NCBI GenBank assembly: GCA_044229145.1
Contig: JBGATO010000023.1
Coordinates: 1-51,967, forward strand
DNA length: 51,967 bases
Origin: Candidatus Eiseniibacteriota bacterium
GTDB lineage: Bacteria; Eisenbacteria; RBG-16-71-46; CAZEPH01
Reading direction: 5' to 3'
Below, piece after piece: positions 18,250 to 29,937 of this stretch (positions are counted from its first letter, which is position 1; every line of letters starts with the position of its first letter). Below the pieces are notes generated by a model. That model was not told the DNA's origin, searched no databases, and saw only the letters and a list, made by a program, of their open reading frames with translations. Made by a program: the position numbers and the translations under genes.

Positions 18250-19767
18250 TCAGGGCCGTCCGGGAAGGAGGTGGACGCGATAGAGCGCCCCGTCGTGCTG
18301 AGCGAGGTATTCCAGCCCGGCCGGGCCGAACGTTGGGCCTCCGGGCGCCAGCCAGTCGTACAGCGGGCTCGGCTCGCCGTCCAGGTAGACGCGGTACTTG
18401 TCCGCCTCGCGCGCGCCGTACGCGACATGCTGGCCGTCCGCCGAGAACACCGGGTCGGCGACGCCCGCATGCTCGGGCCCGTCCTCCCCATCGACCCGCA
18501 CCCGCCAGGCATAGCGTTCCTTCCACCGATACGCCATCCGGCGGCCATCCGCGGACAGCGCGGGCGGGCCGGCCTGTTCGTGCAGCTTGCCGGTCGTCCC
18601 GTCCACCACCACGCATTTCTTCTGACCGCGACGCCCGACGTACCCCATGTGACGGCCATCCGGTGTGAAGCGGAGGCTCCCGGCCCCGATGGCGTCGAAT
18701 TCCGTCCCCGGCGTGCCGTCGAGCACCAGGCGCCAGCGCCCGCCGATCTGCGCCGGATAGGCCACGTGGGAACCGTCGGGGCTCCAAACGGGATAGCCGG
18801 TGGCGATGGCCTCACACGCCGGCCCGGGCACCCCGTCGGTCAGGACGAACCAGTCGGGTCCGCGGCGCACCGCGGTCGCCACCCGCGCCCCGGCCGGTGC
18901 GAACAGCGGCGTCCCATCCCCGATCGCACTCCAGGCCTCGGACGGCCTGCCGTCGAGCACCAGGTGCGCGCCGGCAGAGTCGATGCCCACGTAGGCGACA
19001 TGGGCGCCGTCGGCGCTCCACACGGCATCCGCAACCTTGTCGAAGAGCGGGCCGAGCGCCCCGTCCGTCCACATCGCCCAGCGCGGGCCCACCTGCGCCG
19101 CGCAGGCGACGCGATGGCCGTCGGGCGACAGCACCGGTGCCCGCAAGATCCGCGTGCTCTCGGGCGCCGCCCAGCGGGTGCCGTCGAGCACCAGCGCCCA
19201 GCCGGTGGCGTCCTCGGCGGTGTAGGCGGCGTGCTGTGAGTCGGCGCTGTAGACAGGGCAGCCGAGCGGCACGGTGCGCAGCACCGGCGATTCGACGGCG
19301 TCGAGCACCACGCGCGGTCCGCCGCCCCGCAGCCCAACGTACCCGAGATGCTGCCCGTCCGGCGACCACGTCAGCGTGGGATCCTGCACCGCGTCGTAGA
19401 GCGGCCCCGCCAGGCCGTCGCGCACCACCACCCAACGCACCCGGTTCTTGGCGATGTAGGCAAGATGTTGCCCGTCGGCGCTCCACACCGGTCCGCGCGA
19501 CGAGACGGAGTCGAACTCCGGATCCGGCACGCCATCGCGCACCACCGTTTCGGTCAACCGGCCGTCGGCGCCGCCCTGCGTCACGTACGCGTAGTGCAAT
19601 CCGTCCGGCGTCACCGCGGCTGCCAAGACGGGGATCTGCGCCGGGCCCAACCGCTGCTCCTGCACCTCCGCGGCGCGGCCGATGCTCCACGTCGCCCACA
19701 CACCCGCTGCCGCCAACGCCACGCGCGCGGCGCGGTGACCGCTGTCCCACCTTCGCACCACCCACAT
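18250..19767 (-). CDS. secreted TolB/PD40-like repeat beta-propeller protein
   Basis: About 11 ~38-aa repeats (W/F)SxDGxHxAY...VxDG; signal peptide; start at 19767 or GTG 19761 after AGGAGG. Confidence 0.8.
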   Translation of the reverse strand: MWVVRRWDSGHRAARVALAAAGVWATWSIGRAAEVQEQRLGPAQIPVLAAAVTPDGLHYAYVTQGGADGRLTETVVRDGVPDPEFDSVSSRGPVWSADGQHLAYIAKNRVRWVVVRDGLAGPLYDAVQDPTLTWSPDGQHLGYVGLRGGGPRVVLDAVESPVLRTVPLGCPVYSADSQHAAYTAEDATGWALVLDGTRWAAPESTRILRAPVLSPDGHRVACAAQVGPRWAMWTDGALGPLFDKVADAVWSADGAHVAYVGIDSAGAHLVLDGRPSEAWSAIGDGTPLFAPAGARVATAVRRGPDWFVLTDGVPGPACEAIATGYPVWSPDGSHVAYPAQIGGRWRLVLDGTPGTEFDAIGAGSLRFTPDGRHMGYVGRRGQKKCVVVDGTTGKLHEQAGPPALSADGRRMAYRWKERYAWRVRVDGEDGPEHAGVADPVFSADGQHVAYGAREADKYRVYLDGEPSPLYDWLAPGGPTFGPAGLEYLAQHDGALYRVHLLPGRP

Positions 19768-19873
19768 CCTCCTGGAGGTCCCTCGCGCGGGGGGACGCGC
19801 ACTCGCCCCAAGACTACCACGAACTTCTCTCAATCGGACCCGACCCTGCGACCAAGGGCGGCGGAGGCTGTCG

Positions 19874-19902
19874 TTGACCTTCGCCTGGTGGGTTCCTACG
19901 AT
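19874..19902 (+). promoter_or_regulatory. sigma70-type promoter of the pcc-mcm-mce operon
   Basis: TTGACC-N17-TACGAT. Confidence 0.7.
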
Positions 19903-19952
19903 CCGAGGGTCACGTGGTCGGGATTCTGTCCCTTCGGAAGGAGACCCTTGCT

Positions 19953-21512
<1,560 letters not shown>

Positions 21513-21525
21513 ATCGGAGGATCCG

Positions 21526-23049
21526 ATGTTCCGCACACTCCTCGTCGCGAACCGCGGCGAAATCGCGTGCCGGGTCATCCGCGGAGCGCGCGATCTCGGG
21601 CTGCGCACCGTCGCGGTGTATTCGGACGCCGACCGCACCGCGCTGCACGTGCGCTTGGCCGACGCCGCGGTGCGTTTGGGCCCCGCGCCCAGCCGCGACT
21701 CGTACCTGCGCGGCGACCTGGTCATCGAGGCGGCGAAGGCGACCGGAGCCGACGCCATCCACCCCGGCTATGGCTTCCTGTCGGAGAACGCGGAGTTCGC
21801 CGACGCGGTGGAGGCGGCCGGCCTCATCTTCGTCGGACCGCCCGGGTTCGCGATCAACGCGATGGGCAACAAGCTCGAGGCGCGGCGCTTCGCCACGCAA
21901 GCGGGCGTGCCGGTGGTGCCGGGCGGACTCGAGCCGGTGACCACGCTCGACGACGCGCGCACGCAGGCCGAGAAGATCGGCTATCCGATCATGCTCAAGG
22001 CGGCGGCCGGCGGCGGTGGCAAGGGCATGCGCGTGGTGCGCACGCCGGAAGAGTTCGAGGCCGCGCTGCGCATGGCGCAGGGCGAGGCACGCGCCGCTTT
22101 CAGCGACGACGCCGTCTACCTCGAACGCTTCGTCGACCAGCCGCGTCACGTCGAAGTGCAGGTGCTCGCCGACACCTTCGGCCACGTCGTCGCGCTCGGC
22201 GAACGCGACTGTTCGATCCAGCGCCGGCACCAGAAGGTCGTCGAGGAAACGCCGGCGCCGCACCTCCCTGACAGCACGCGCCACGCCATGTGGGAGTGCG
22301 CGACCAAGGTGGCGAAAGCGGTCGGCTACCGCAACGCCGGCACCGTCGAGTTCCTGGTCAGCGCGAGCAGCGGTGAGTTCTTCTTCCTCGAGATGAACAC
22401 GCGCTTGCAGGTCGAACACCCGATCACCGAGATGGTCACCGGCATCGACCTAGTGGCCGAGCAGCTGCGCATCGCGGCCGGCGAGCCGGTGTCGTTCGAC
22501 ATCGAGAACATGGCGAGCGTCGCGCCGCGCGGCGCGGCGATCGAGTGCCGCATCTACAGCGAGGACCCGCGCAACGGCTTCCGCCCGTCGCTCGGCACGC
22601 TGCGCCGTTTGCGCTTCCCCGAAGGTCCGTGGGTGCGCACCGACGCCGGCGTCACCGAGGGCAGCGAAGTGCCGATCTACTACGACCCGATGCTCGCGAA
22701 ACTGGTGGCGTGGGGTCCGTCGCGCGAAGCGGCGCGCGAGCGCATGATGCGCGCGCTCGACGAATTCGTCGTCGACGGCGTATCGACGTCGCTGCCGCTG
22801 TTCCGCGGGATCATGCGGCATCCGGTGTTCATCGACGGTCACTACACCACCGGTTTCCTCAACGAGCATCCGCCGGAATCGCTGTGCGCCGGCACCACCG
22901 ACGAGGACGCGTTGCGGGCCGCCGCGCTCGCCGCGGTGCTCGCGGAAGAGCGCAAGCGCTCGGCGGTGAGCGACATGGCCACCAACGGCCACGGTCACGC
23001 GGCGGCGAGCCGCTGGCGGTGGGCCCCGACGGTGAGGAGCGCGCGATGA
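21526..23049 (+). CDS. biotin carboxylase subunit of acyl-CoA carboxylase
   Basis: LVANRGEIA, HPGYGFLSEN, GGGGKGMR, ERDCSIQRRHQK, EMNTRLQVEH. Confidence 0.95.
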   Translation: MFRTLLVANRGEIACRVIRGARDLGLRTVAVYSDADRTALHVRLADAAVRLGPAPSRDSYLRGDLVIEAAKATGADAIHPGYGFLSENAEFADAVEAAGLIFVGPPGFAINAMGNKLEARRFATQAGVPVVPGGLEPVTTLDDARTQAEKIGYPIMLKAAAGGGGKGMRVVRTPEEFEAALRMAQGEARAAFSDDAVYLERFVDQPRHVEVQVLADTFGHVVALGERDCSIQRRHQKVVEETPAPHLPDSTRHAMWECATKVAKAVGYRNAGTVEFLVSASSGEFFFLEMNTRLQVEHPITEMVTGIDLVAEQLRIAAGEPVSFDIENMASVAPRGAAIECRIYSEDPRNGFRPSLGTLRRLRFPEGPWVRTDAGVTEGSEVPIYYDPMLAKLVAWGPSREAARERMMRALDEFVVDGVSTSLPLFRGIMRHPVFIDGHYTTGFLNEHPPESLCAGTTDEDALRAAALAAVLAEERKRSAVSDMATNGHGHAAASRWRWAPTVRSAR

Positions 23050-23567
23050 CGACTGCAACCGGCCGGACATACACGGTCACCCTCGGCGAGAAAACCTACA
23101 CGATCGCGCTGCACGAAACGCCGAGCGGCGAACTCAGCGCCACCATCGACGGCCAGAAGCTGCCGGTGAGCGCCGCGCCGCTCGGGCCGTTCGCTTACTC
23201 GATGATGCTCGGGCACGAAAGCCTCGAGGTCGGTGTCGCGCCCGGCGAAAACGGCTGGGTGGCGACGCACCTCAATCTCGCCCACGACATCGAGGTGGCG
23301 GAAGAGAACCTCGCGCGCTTCCGCAAGGCAGCCGCGAAGACGGCGACCGGGAAGGACGTCCTCAAGGCGCCGATGCCGGGGCTCGTGGTCGGCATCAAGG
23401 CCGCGCCGGGCGAGAAGGTCGAAGCCGGTGCGCCGGTCATCGTGCTCGAAGCGATGAAGATGCAGAACGAGCTCGCCAGCAAGCACGGCGGCACCGTCGA
23501 AGCCATCAAAGTGCAAGTCGGCGACAAGGTCGACAAGGGACAGGTGCTCGCCATCATCACGGCGTAG
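23046..23567 (+). CDS. biotin carboxyl carrier protein
   Basis: APMPG...LEAMKMQNE biotinylation motif; ATGA coupling. Confidence 0.93.
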   Translation: MTTATGRTYTVTLGEKTYTIALHETPSGELSATIDGQKLPVSAAPLGPFAYSMMLGHESLEVGVAPGENGWVATHLNLAHDIEVAEENLARFRKAAAKTATGKDVLKAPMPGLVVGIKAAPGEKVEAGAPVIVLEAMKMQNELASKHGGTVEAIKVQVGDKVDKGQVLAIITA

Positions 23568-23603
23568 CGCACGGCGGGTCCGTCCCGCGGGAAAGGCACA
23601 TCC

Positions 23604-25214
23604 ATGACACCATCGGAGAGCGCGACCGCGGAGCGTGCCGCGCATCGCACGACATCGTCCGGCATCCCGGTCAAGACGGTCTACGACGCCGGCGATGTCC
23701 AGCAGGTCGACCCGGCGCGCGACCTCGGCGCGCCGGGCAGCTGGCCGTTCACGCGCGGCGTGCATCCTGGCATGTACACCAGCCGCTTGTGGACGATGCG
23801 GCAGTACGCCGGCTTCGCCACCGCGGAGGAGTCGAACGCGCGCTATCGCTTGCTGCTCGAGCGCGGAGTCACGGGATTGTCGGTGGCGTTCGACTTGCCG
23901 ACGCAGCTCGGTCTCGACTCGGACGACCCGCGCGCCGAGGGCGAGGTCGGGCGCAGCGGCGTCGCCATCGACTCGTTGCGCGACATGGAAATCTTGTTCG
24001 ACCAGATTCCGCTCGATCGCGTCAGCACGTCGATGACCATCAACTCCACCGCGGCGATCTTGCTCGCGCTCTACATCGCGGTGGGCAAGCGGCAAGGCGT
24101 CGGACTCGACAAGCTCGCCGGCACGGTGCAGAACGACATCCTCAAGGAATACGTCGCGCGCGGCACCTACATCTATCCGCCGGCACCGTCGATGCGATTG
24201 GCCACCGACATCGTGGAGTTCTGCGCGCGCGAGTTGCCGCAGTGGAATTCGATTTCGATCTCGGGCTACCACATGCGCGAAGCCGGCGCGACCGCGGTGC
24301 AGGAGGTCGCGTTCACGCTCGGCCACGGCCTCGCCTACGTCGAGGCGGCCCGTTCGCGCGGCCTCGGCGTCGACGAATTCGGACCGCGCCTGTCGTTCTT
24401 CTTCAACGCGCATTCGAACTTCTTCGAGGAAGTGGCGAAGTTCCGCGCCGCGCGCCGGCTGTGGGCACGCATGCTGCGCGAGCGCTACGACGCCTCTGAC
24501 GCCGCGTGCAAGCTGCGCTTCCACACGCAGACCGCCGGCTCAACCCTGACCGCGCTCCAGCCCGACACCAACGTCGTGCGCGTGTCGTTGCAGGCGCTTT
24601 CCGCGGTGCTCGGCGGGACGCAATCGCTGCACACCAACGGGATGGACGAAGCACTGGCACTGCCGAGCGAGCACGCAGCGACGTTGGCACTGCGCACGCA
24701 ACAGGTGATCGGTTACGAGAGCGGTGTCACGGACACCGTCGACCCGCTTGCCGGCAGCTACTACGTCGAGTCGCTCACCACCGCCATCGAGGACGGCGCG
24801 CGCCGCTACATCGACCGGATCGAGGAGATGGGCGGCGTGCTCGCGGCCATTGAACGCGGATTCGAACAGCGTGAGGTGCAGGAGTCGGCGTATCGCGCGC
24901 AGCAGCGTCTCGAAGCAGGCGAGTCGGTCGTCGTCGGCGTCAACAAGTTCGCCGACGGATCGAAGCCGCCGGAGCCGGAGTTCACGATTCCATCCGGGCT
25001 CGAGGAGCGGCGCCGCGCCGCGCTCGCGGCGTTGCGGAGCGAGCGCGATTCCACCGCGCATGCGGCCGCGCTCGCCGCGCTCGAACACGCTGCGCGGGGC
25101 ACCGACAATTTGGTGCCGCCGATCCTGCGCGCGGTCGAGGCCTACGCCACCGTCGGCGAAATCGCGCGTACGCTGCGCGGCGTGTTCGGCACGCACAAGG
25201 AGATCCTCACGTGA
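23604..25214 (+). CDS. methylmalonyl-CoA mutase, substrate-binding (large) subunit
   Basis: WTMRQYAGF (Tyr), [18 protein letters not shown] (Arg), SISGYH; no B12-binding domain. Confidence 0.92.
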   Translation: MTPSESATAERAAHRTTSSGIPVKTVYDAGDVQQVDPARDLGAPGSWPFTRGVHPGMYTSRLWTMRQYAGFATAEESNARYRLLLERGVTGLSVAFDLPTQLGLDSDDPRAEGEVGRSGVAIDSLRDMEILFDQIPLDRVSTSMTINSTAAILLALYIAVGKRQGVGLDKLAGTVQNDILKEYVARGTYIYPPAPSMRLATDIVEFCARELPQWNSISISGYHMREAGATAVQEVAFTLGHGLAYVEAARSRGLGVDEFGPRLSFFFNAHSNFFEEVAKFRAARRLWARMLRERYDASDAACKLRFHTQTAGSTLTALQPDTNVVRVSLQALSAVLGGTQSLHTNGMDEALALPSEHAATLALRTQQVIGYESGVTDTVDPLAGSYYVESLTTAIEDGARRYIDRIEEMGGVLAAIERGFEQREVQESAYRAQQRLEAGESVVVGVNKFADGSKPPEPEFTIPSGLEERRRAALAALRSERDSTAHAAALAALEHAARGTDNLVPPILRAVEAYATVGEIARTLRGVFGTHKEILT

Positions 25215-25663
25215 GCGACGCGACGGCCTCTCTCGACCCGCACGCGGCGGGCCGCATGACAGGGCTCAATCACATCGGCATCGCGGTGCACGACGTCGAC
25301 AAGGTGTTGCCGTTCTACTGCGACACGCTGGGCGCACGCTTCGTGCTGCGGAAGACGCTCGAGGATCGTGGACTCGACGTGTGCTTCGTGGCGATTGGCG
25401 CGACGCAACTCGAACTCATGGCGCCGACGCGGCCGGGCACCGCCATCGAGAAGTTCCTCGCGACGCGCGGACAAGGCGTCCACCATCTCGCGTTCGACGT
25501 CCCCGACGTGCAGAGCGGGCTCGATCGCCTGCGCGACTGCGGCATTCGGCTGATCGACACCGCGCCGCGCCCCGGCTTCCACGGCGAGGTTGCGTTCGCG
25601 CACCCGGCGTCGACCGAGGGCGTGCTGTTCGAGTTGTGCGGCGTCCCGCCGTCCGAACGCTGA
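25211..25663 (+). CDS. mce: methylmalonyl-CoA epimerase
   Basis: [40 protein letters not shown]; operon context. Confidence 0.9.
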   Translation: MSDATASLDPHAAGRMTGLNHIGIAVHDVDKVLPFYCDTLGARFVLRKTLEDRGLDVCFVAIGATQLELMAPTRPGTAIEKFLATRGQGVHHLAFDVPDVQSGLDRLRDCGIRLIDTAPRPGFHGEVAFAHPASTEGVLFELCGVPPSER

Positions 25664-25676
25664 CGCAGCACAGACA

Positions 25677-25725
25677 CAACGACACAGGGCGGAGGATCCT
25701 CACGGACCTCCGCCCTGTGTCGTTG
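25677..25725. terminator. long hairpin between convergent genes
   Basis: Perfect 19-bp stem CAACGACACAGGGCGGAGG/CCTCCGCCCTGTGTCGTTG; weak U tract. Confidence 0.7.
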
Positions 25726-25794
25726 CAGTCACACCCCGTGGGGGCTCACGCTCTCGAGAGGAGCGAGCAGGAGTGCGGGACCGGGGTTCGGATG

Positions 25795-25983
25795 TTAGCC
25801 GCGACGACGCGCGCCGCTCGCCAATCCGCCCTTGCGCCCTGCCGAGCGCGCCTCTTCCGACGTCCATTCGTGCGCCGTGCCCTTTGCATGGGCCGCACGA
25901 CCACCCTTACTGGCGATCTCCCGCTGCTTCTGCGGACTCATCGATGCGAAACCGCGACGGGATTTGCCGAACCGTTCTGGCAT
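25795..25983 (-). CDS. KGG-repeat general stress protein (YciG/Con-10-like)
   Basis: RGFASMSPQKQREIASKGG...AHEWTSEEARSAGRKGG; strong RBS. Confidence 0.92.
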   Translation of the reverse strand: MPERFGKSRRGFASMSPQKQREIASKGGRAAHAKGTAHEWTSEEARSAGRKGGLASGARRRG

Positions 25984-26191
25984 CTCCTGCCACCTCCTTT
26001 CCTCATGATAGAGGCGGACGGTGCGCGACCGTCCACACCTCGGGGCATCCGCGCCACACGCGCGGTGCGTGATTCCTGCATTTGACGCCACGATTGCTCT
26101 CGAGGTTCCAGACGCCAACTGAAATAGTCGCGGTTTGGTTCCCTCGACACATTGCTGACTCACTTCGCGTTCGACATGAGAGAGTCAGCAG

Positions 26192-26689
26192 TTACTCCGG
26201 GATCGCGATGCGGTCGTCCCCGCGAAATACCGGAGAGAACACCGACATCACCACCAACGGATCATCGCCCTGCGGGTCCACGCTGTGCGCGGTACCGCGC
26301 GGTAGGAGCAGCACCGTGCCCGGCTTGAGGCGAATGGCTGGGGTCGCGGCGAGCGCGCGCGCCGAGGTCGTCGCCCCGTCGTTGGACATGTGCAGGAGGC
26401 CACGCCCTGCCAGCACATACACCACCTCGTCGCTCTCCGCGTGGTAGTGGGCACGGACTCCGGTGCGCGTCTGCAAGAGGTTGACGCTCTGCTGGGACAG
26501 TTGCCCGACGATCGTGGACTTGAGCGACGTGCCGTCGGGCAGACGGTAGGTGGCGAGCAGCGAATCGAGCGACACCACCCGTGGGACCTCCCCTGCCGCG
26601 CGTACCGGCGCGGGCCCCAGCAGCGCGCACAGCAGCGTGAGCGCTGCGCCCAGCGCGCGGGGGCGATGGATCCGACTCGGGGCGTTCAT
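26192..26689 (-). CDS. exported cupin-domain protein
   Basis: Signal peptide; HYHAESDEVVYVLAGRG and PRGTAHS cupin motifs. Confidence 0.85.
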   Translation of the reverse strand: MNAPSRIHRPRALGAALTLLCALLGPAPVRAAGEVPRVVSLDSLLATYRLPDGTSLKSTIVGQLSQQSVNLLQTRTGVRAHYHAESDEVVYVLAGRGLLHMSNDGATTSARALAATPAIRLKPGTVLLLPRGTAHSVDPQGDDPLVVMSVFSPVFRGDDRIAIPE

Positions 26690-27534
26690 GGTGACCTCCT
26701 GGCGTCGGTGGACGGCCGTTCCGGCGGCATCGCGGATGTGCGGCGCCGCAGGCTGACTCGCGAACCGCGTGCCAATTTCCATACCTGATCGGCACGCCCC
26801 TCCCGGACGGCCACCTCGAGGTAGCCGGCACTGCCGGCGATCAGCAGCGAGTGGCCCACCGGAACTTCTTCGTACGCCGCGTGCTGACGCACCGGGTCCC
26901 CCGCGTTGGCCTTCCATTCCCAGTCCAGCCCGCCGCCGACGTCGGCCGGCACGTTCGTCACCGCGGACCCGAAGCTGTCGATGTGCACGATGACCGCATC
27001 GATTGCGTCGCCTTCCGCCTGCGCGGGCGGCACCGACAGGTCGATCCAGTCGGCCACCGGCTCCCCGAGTGCGTCGAGGGGTTCGCCCTCCGCCAGCGCG
27101 CCGGCCGCTGGGGCGAACAGGTCGCGCCCGTGAAACGTGTGCGAGAGCCCCGACACGCCCACGCGCACGGGATCCAGCGTCACGGCCCGGACGGGCGCCA
27201 TCCCTCGCGAACGCGCGACGAGAGAGCCCACGGCGAGGCTCAAAAGCCCGTTGTCCGGCCCGATCAGCACGTCCGGCCCGATCGCGATCGCGACAGGCCG
27301 CCGCGCGCCGCCGACGCCGGGATCGACGATCGCGACATGGATGCTGCCGGACGGAAAAGCGGTGCACGCCGCCGCGAGCATGAAGGCTCCGGCGAGGACA
27401 TCGTGGGGCGGCACGTCGTGGGTGATGTCGACCACGTGGGCGTTGGGAGCGCGGCGCAGCACCGCGCCGCGCATCGCGCCGGCGTACCAGTCCCGGCCGA
27501 AGTCCGTCGTCAGGGTGACGATCGGCGCATTCAT
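26686..27534 (-). CDS. DUF62 SAM hydroxide adenosyltransferase (SAM chlorinase/fluorinase superfamily)
   Basis: TLTTDFG, DITH, VDPGVG, GPDNG, TFHGRDLFAP, IDSFG. Confidence 0.9.
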   Translation of the reverse strand: MNAPIVTLTTDFGRDWYAGAMRGAVLRRAPNAHVVDITHDVPPHDVLAGAFMLAAACTAFPSGSIHVAIVDPGVGGARRPVAIAIGPDVLIGPDNGLLSLAVGSLVARSRGMAPVRAVTLDPVRVGVSGLSHTFHGRDLFAPAAGALAEGEPLDALGEPVADWIDLSVPPAQAEGDAIDAVIVHIDSFGSAVTNVPADVGGGLDWEWKANAGDPVRQHAAYEEVPVGHSLLIAGSAGYLEVAVREGRADQVWKLARGSRVSLRRRTSAMPPERPSTDARRSP

Positions 27535-27905
27535 GGCCGCGGGTCGGAGGTAACGTTGTCCCGCACCCATGCCGCGTAGGCGTGCGAGGCGGTGACATCG
27601 GCCACGGCGAGGATTTCGGGAAGGTCGTAGGGATGGAGCCGCTCGACGTGGGCGCGGGTCTCGGCGAGGCGTGCCGGCGTGGTCTTGATGACCACCACGG
27701 TCTCCGCCGCCTCCTCGACTTCACCCTGCCAGCGATAGACGGAGCGCGCGTGAGGCAGGCACGTGACACAGGCCGCGACGCCGGCCTCCACGAGCGCGCG
27801 TGCCATCACGGCGGCATCGTGCTCCGAGGACACGGTGGTGAACAACACGGCGACCGCGTCCCCCGCGGTCATCGGCGGCGAGTCTGCTCGCCGGTCGTGG
27901 GACAT
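27531..27905 (-). CDS. cutA: divalent-cation tolerance protein CutA
   Basis: LVEAGVAACV, SVYRWQGEVEEAAE, IKT, HPYDLPEI. Confidence 0.92.
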   Translation of the reverse strand: MSHDRRADSPPMTAGDAVAVLFTTVSSEHDAAVMARALVEAGVAACVTCLPHARSVYRWQGEVEEAAETVVVIKTTPARLAETRAHVERLHPYDLPEILAVADVTASHAYAAWVRDNVTSDPRP

Positions 27906-28804
27906 GGCTCCTCCCCTTCGGCGCGCCGGGCGCGACAGGTGAGCAGCGCTGTCGCCTCGGCGCCCAGCAACATCAACGCAGCCGAATAGTACACCCAGAC
28001 GACGAGGATGATCACACCACCGATCGGTCCATAGGTTCCGGCGTACGGGGCGAAGTGACGGAGATATTGCGCGAAGACGTGTTTGGCGAGTTCCCAGAGC
28101 AATGCCGTCGCCGCGCCTCCGAGGATTGCGGCGCGCGCCGGCACGCGTGTATTCGGGACCACGCTCAAGATCAACGTGATCGCCAGCATCGAGAGCAGGA
28201 ACTGCACGGCGAGCGGAATCAGACGCCACAAACCGGGGAATTGGGTCAGGACCACGAGCCCCATGCTCTGCAAGTTCCGGACACCCAAGGCCGTCATGGA
28301 CGCAAGCAAGGTGCTGGCGAGCAGGCTCATGCCGGCGAGGATGACGAGCACGGCCCCGATCAACCGGCTCACCAGGAAGTGGCGCCGGCGGGACACGTTC
28401 CACATGTCGTCCATCGCGCGTTCGAGGACGCCGAAGACTGCGGTGCCGGTGGTGAACAACGAAATCCCGGCGATGATACTCACGCCCCGCTTCTGGCGGA
28501 TGACCGTGGTGAGAACGGTCTCCAGCGTGTTGCGCGTGCCGGGCGCGGCGCGATTGACGGCATCGAGCAGTCCGTGGAGCGCGGATTCGTTCGAGCCGAG
28601 GACGTATCCAAGTCCCGCAAGCGCCGCCAATACGAGTGGCACCGAGGTGAGCAGCGTGTAGTAGCTCACGGCCGCCGCGGAGATCGAGCAGCCATGCCGG
28701 ATGTAGTTGGCCAGGACGCGTTGTGTGAATCGCGGCACACCCGCGAGCGCGGCGAGAGATGACCTGCGTCGTCGCGGCGTTGCCGTCGAAGCACTCGCCT
28801 TCAC
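27869..28804 (-). CDS. YihY/BrkB-family inner membrane protein
   Basis: AAAVSYYTLLTSVPL, LWELAKHVFAQY, YGPIGGVIILVVWVYYSAALMLLGAE; GTG after GGGGAG. Confidence 0.9.
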   Translation of the reverse strand: MKASASTATPRRRRSSLAALAGVPRFTQRVLANYIRHGCSISAAAVSYYTLLTSVPLVLAALAGLGYVLGSNESALHGLLDAVNRAAPGTRNTLETVLTTVIRQKRGVSIIAGISLFTTGTAVFGVLERAMDDMWNVSRRRHFLVSRLIGAVLVILAGMSLLASTLLASMTALGVRNLQSMGLVVLTQFPGLWRLIPLAVQFLLSMLAITLILSVVPNTRVPARAAILGGAATALLWELAKHVFAQYLRHFAPYAGTYGPIGGVIILVVWVYYSAALMLLGAEATALLTCRARRAEGEEPCPTTGEQTRRR

Positions 28805-28826
28805 GCGCGTCTCCCCCGAGCCGACG

Positions 28827-28855
28827 AGAAACGGCGGGGCCACGAGAGCCCCGCC
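28827..28855 (-). terminator. probable terminator after the PorV-like gene
   Basis: Minus strand GGCGGGGC-N7-GCCCCGCC followed by GTTTCT. Confidence 0.55.
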
Positions 28856-28904
28856 CTTCTCTTGGTGCGCACGACCTGGCCGCCGCGGCGGCCGAGGCAC
28901 GTCG

Positions 28905-29867
28905 TTACTTCGTGGCGCAGCTCTTGTCGTCGCCACCGCAGCACTTGCCGCCGAGACCGATCGACACCGACAGGCGGTGCGTGGTGCCGAGCAGGCTCAT
29001 GTCGCGGAAGCTGTAGTCCACGCCGAACTGGCCGTACTTGATGCCGGTCCCGACGGTGAACTTGCCCTCTTCCTCGCCACCCAAGTAGGCGGCGCGAGCA
29101 GCCAGCGTGTTGGCGAACCAGATCTCGCCGCCAATGCGCGCCGACACCTTCTCGAAGCGGGTCTTACGGACGTCCGCCGCGAGGGTGATCGAGCTCTGCG
29201 GGATGAGACCCGGCGGGATGTGGAGTGCCAAGCCACCGCCGATCGACGTCGGCTGCGGCTCGGAGCCGCCGTCCTGGTCGATGGCGATCGAGGAACCCAC
29301 GTTGTCGAGCTGCGCGCCGAGCGTCAGCACGCCCGGCATCGCCTCCCACTGGAGGCCCACCGAGCTCGACACCCACGTTGCGCGCTTGATCGCGGCGAGG
29401 TTGCGCTGCACCGCCTGACCCGACACACCGAGCGACACGTCCGGCGCGAACGGCAGGTGGAACGCCCAGCCACCGGTGATGCCGACGAACGACGACCGCG
29501 CCTGCTCATCGGTCAGGCCGCTGCCGTTCTCGATCCCGATGGTGCCCTCGTCGATGTAGGCGAGACCCAGCGCACCGCCGCTGCCAAACGCCGCGCCGAC
29601 GAAGCTGGCGTTCTGGTCGTTGAACCAGCGCAGGTGCGAGAAGCCCACCTCGGTGTGGTGGACGGTCGCGAGACCCGCCGGGTTCTCGGTCAGGCTCCAG
29701 ACGTCGCCGCCAGCGCCAATCGTGGCGCCCATCGCGGCCGGTCCGGCGCCCGCTCCGAGATCGAACGGATCGACGAACGATGCAATACCTTCCTCGTGAG
29801 CCAGCGCATTACCGGCAAGGAGCAGCACGAGGAGACCCGGGACTGCTTGAAGAAACTTCCGACTCAT
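28905..29867 (-). CDS. PorV/PorQ-family outer-membrane beta-barrel (T9SS-like shuttle)
   Basis: Signal peptide; GAGPAAMG..., NPAGLA, FSHLRWF, NVG, GTGIKY..FGVDYSF, LGTTHRLSVS. Confidence 0.8.
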   Translation of the reverse strand: MSRKFLQAVPGLLVLLLAGNALAHEEGIASFVDPFDLGAGAGPAAMGATIGAGGDVWSLTENPAGLATVHHTEVGFSHLRWFNDQNASFVGAAFGSGGALGLAYIDEGTIGIENGSGLTDEQARSSFVGITGGWAFHLPFAPDVSLGVSGQAVQRNLAAIKRATWVSSSVGLQWEAMPGVLTLGAQLDNVGSSIAIDQDGGSEPQPTSIGGGLALHIPPGLIPQSSITLAADVRKTRFEKVSARIGGEIWFANTLAARAAYLGGEEEGKFTVGTGIKYGQFGVDYSFRDMSLLGTTHRLSVSIGLGGKCCGGDDKSCATK

Positions 29868-29890
29868 CTGCAGACCTCCGTTATCAGGGC

Positions 29891-29921
29891 CGGGGCGCCG
29901 CTCGCGTGAGCGGCCGCCCCG
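29891..29921. other. intergenic stem-loop between the giant surface-protein gene and the PorV-like gene
   Basis: CGGGGCG-CCGCTC/GAGCGG-C-CGCCCCG. Confidence 0.5.
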
Positions 29922-29937
29922 TTTCCCCGTTGCTGTC

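Noticed and set aside
26686..27534. Fluorinase or chlorinase
   Set aside because: TFHGRD is the DUF62 SAM-hydrolase signature, not the halogenase variant, and there is no biosynthetic context
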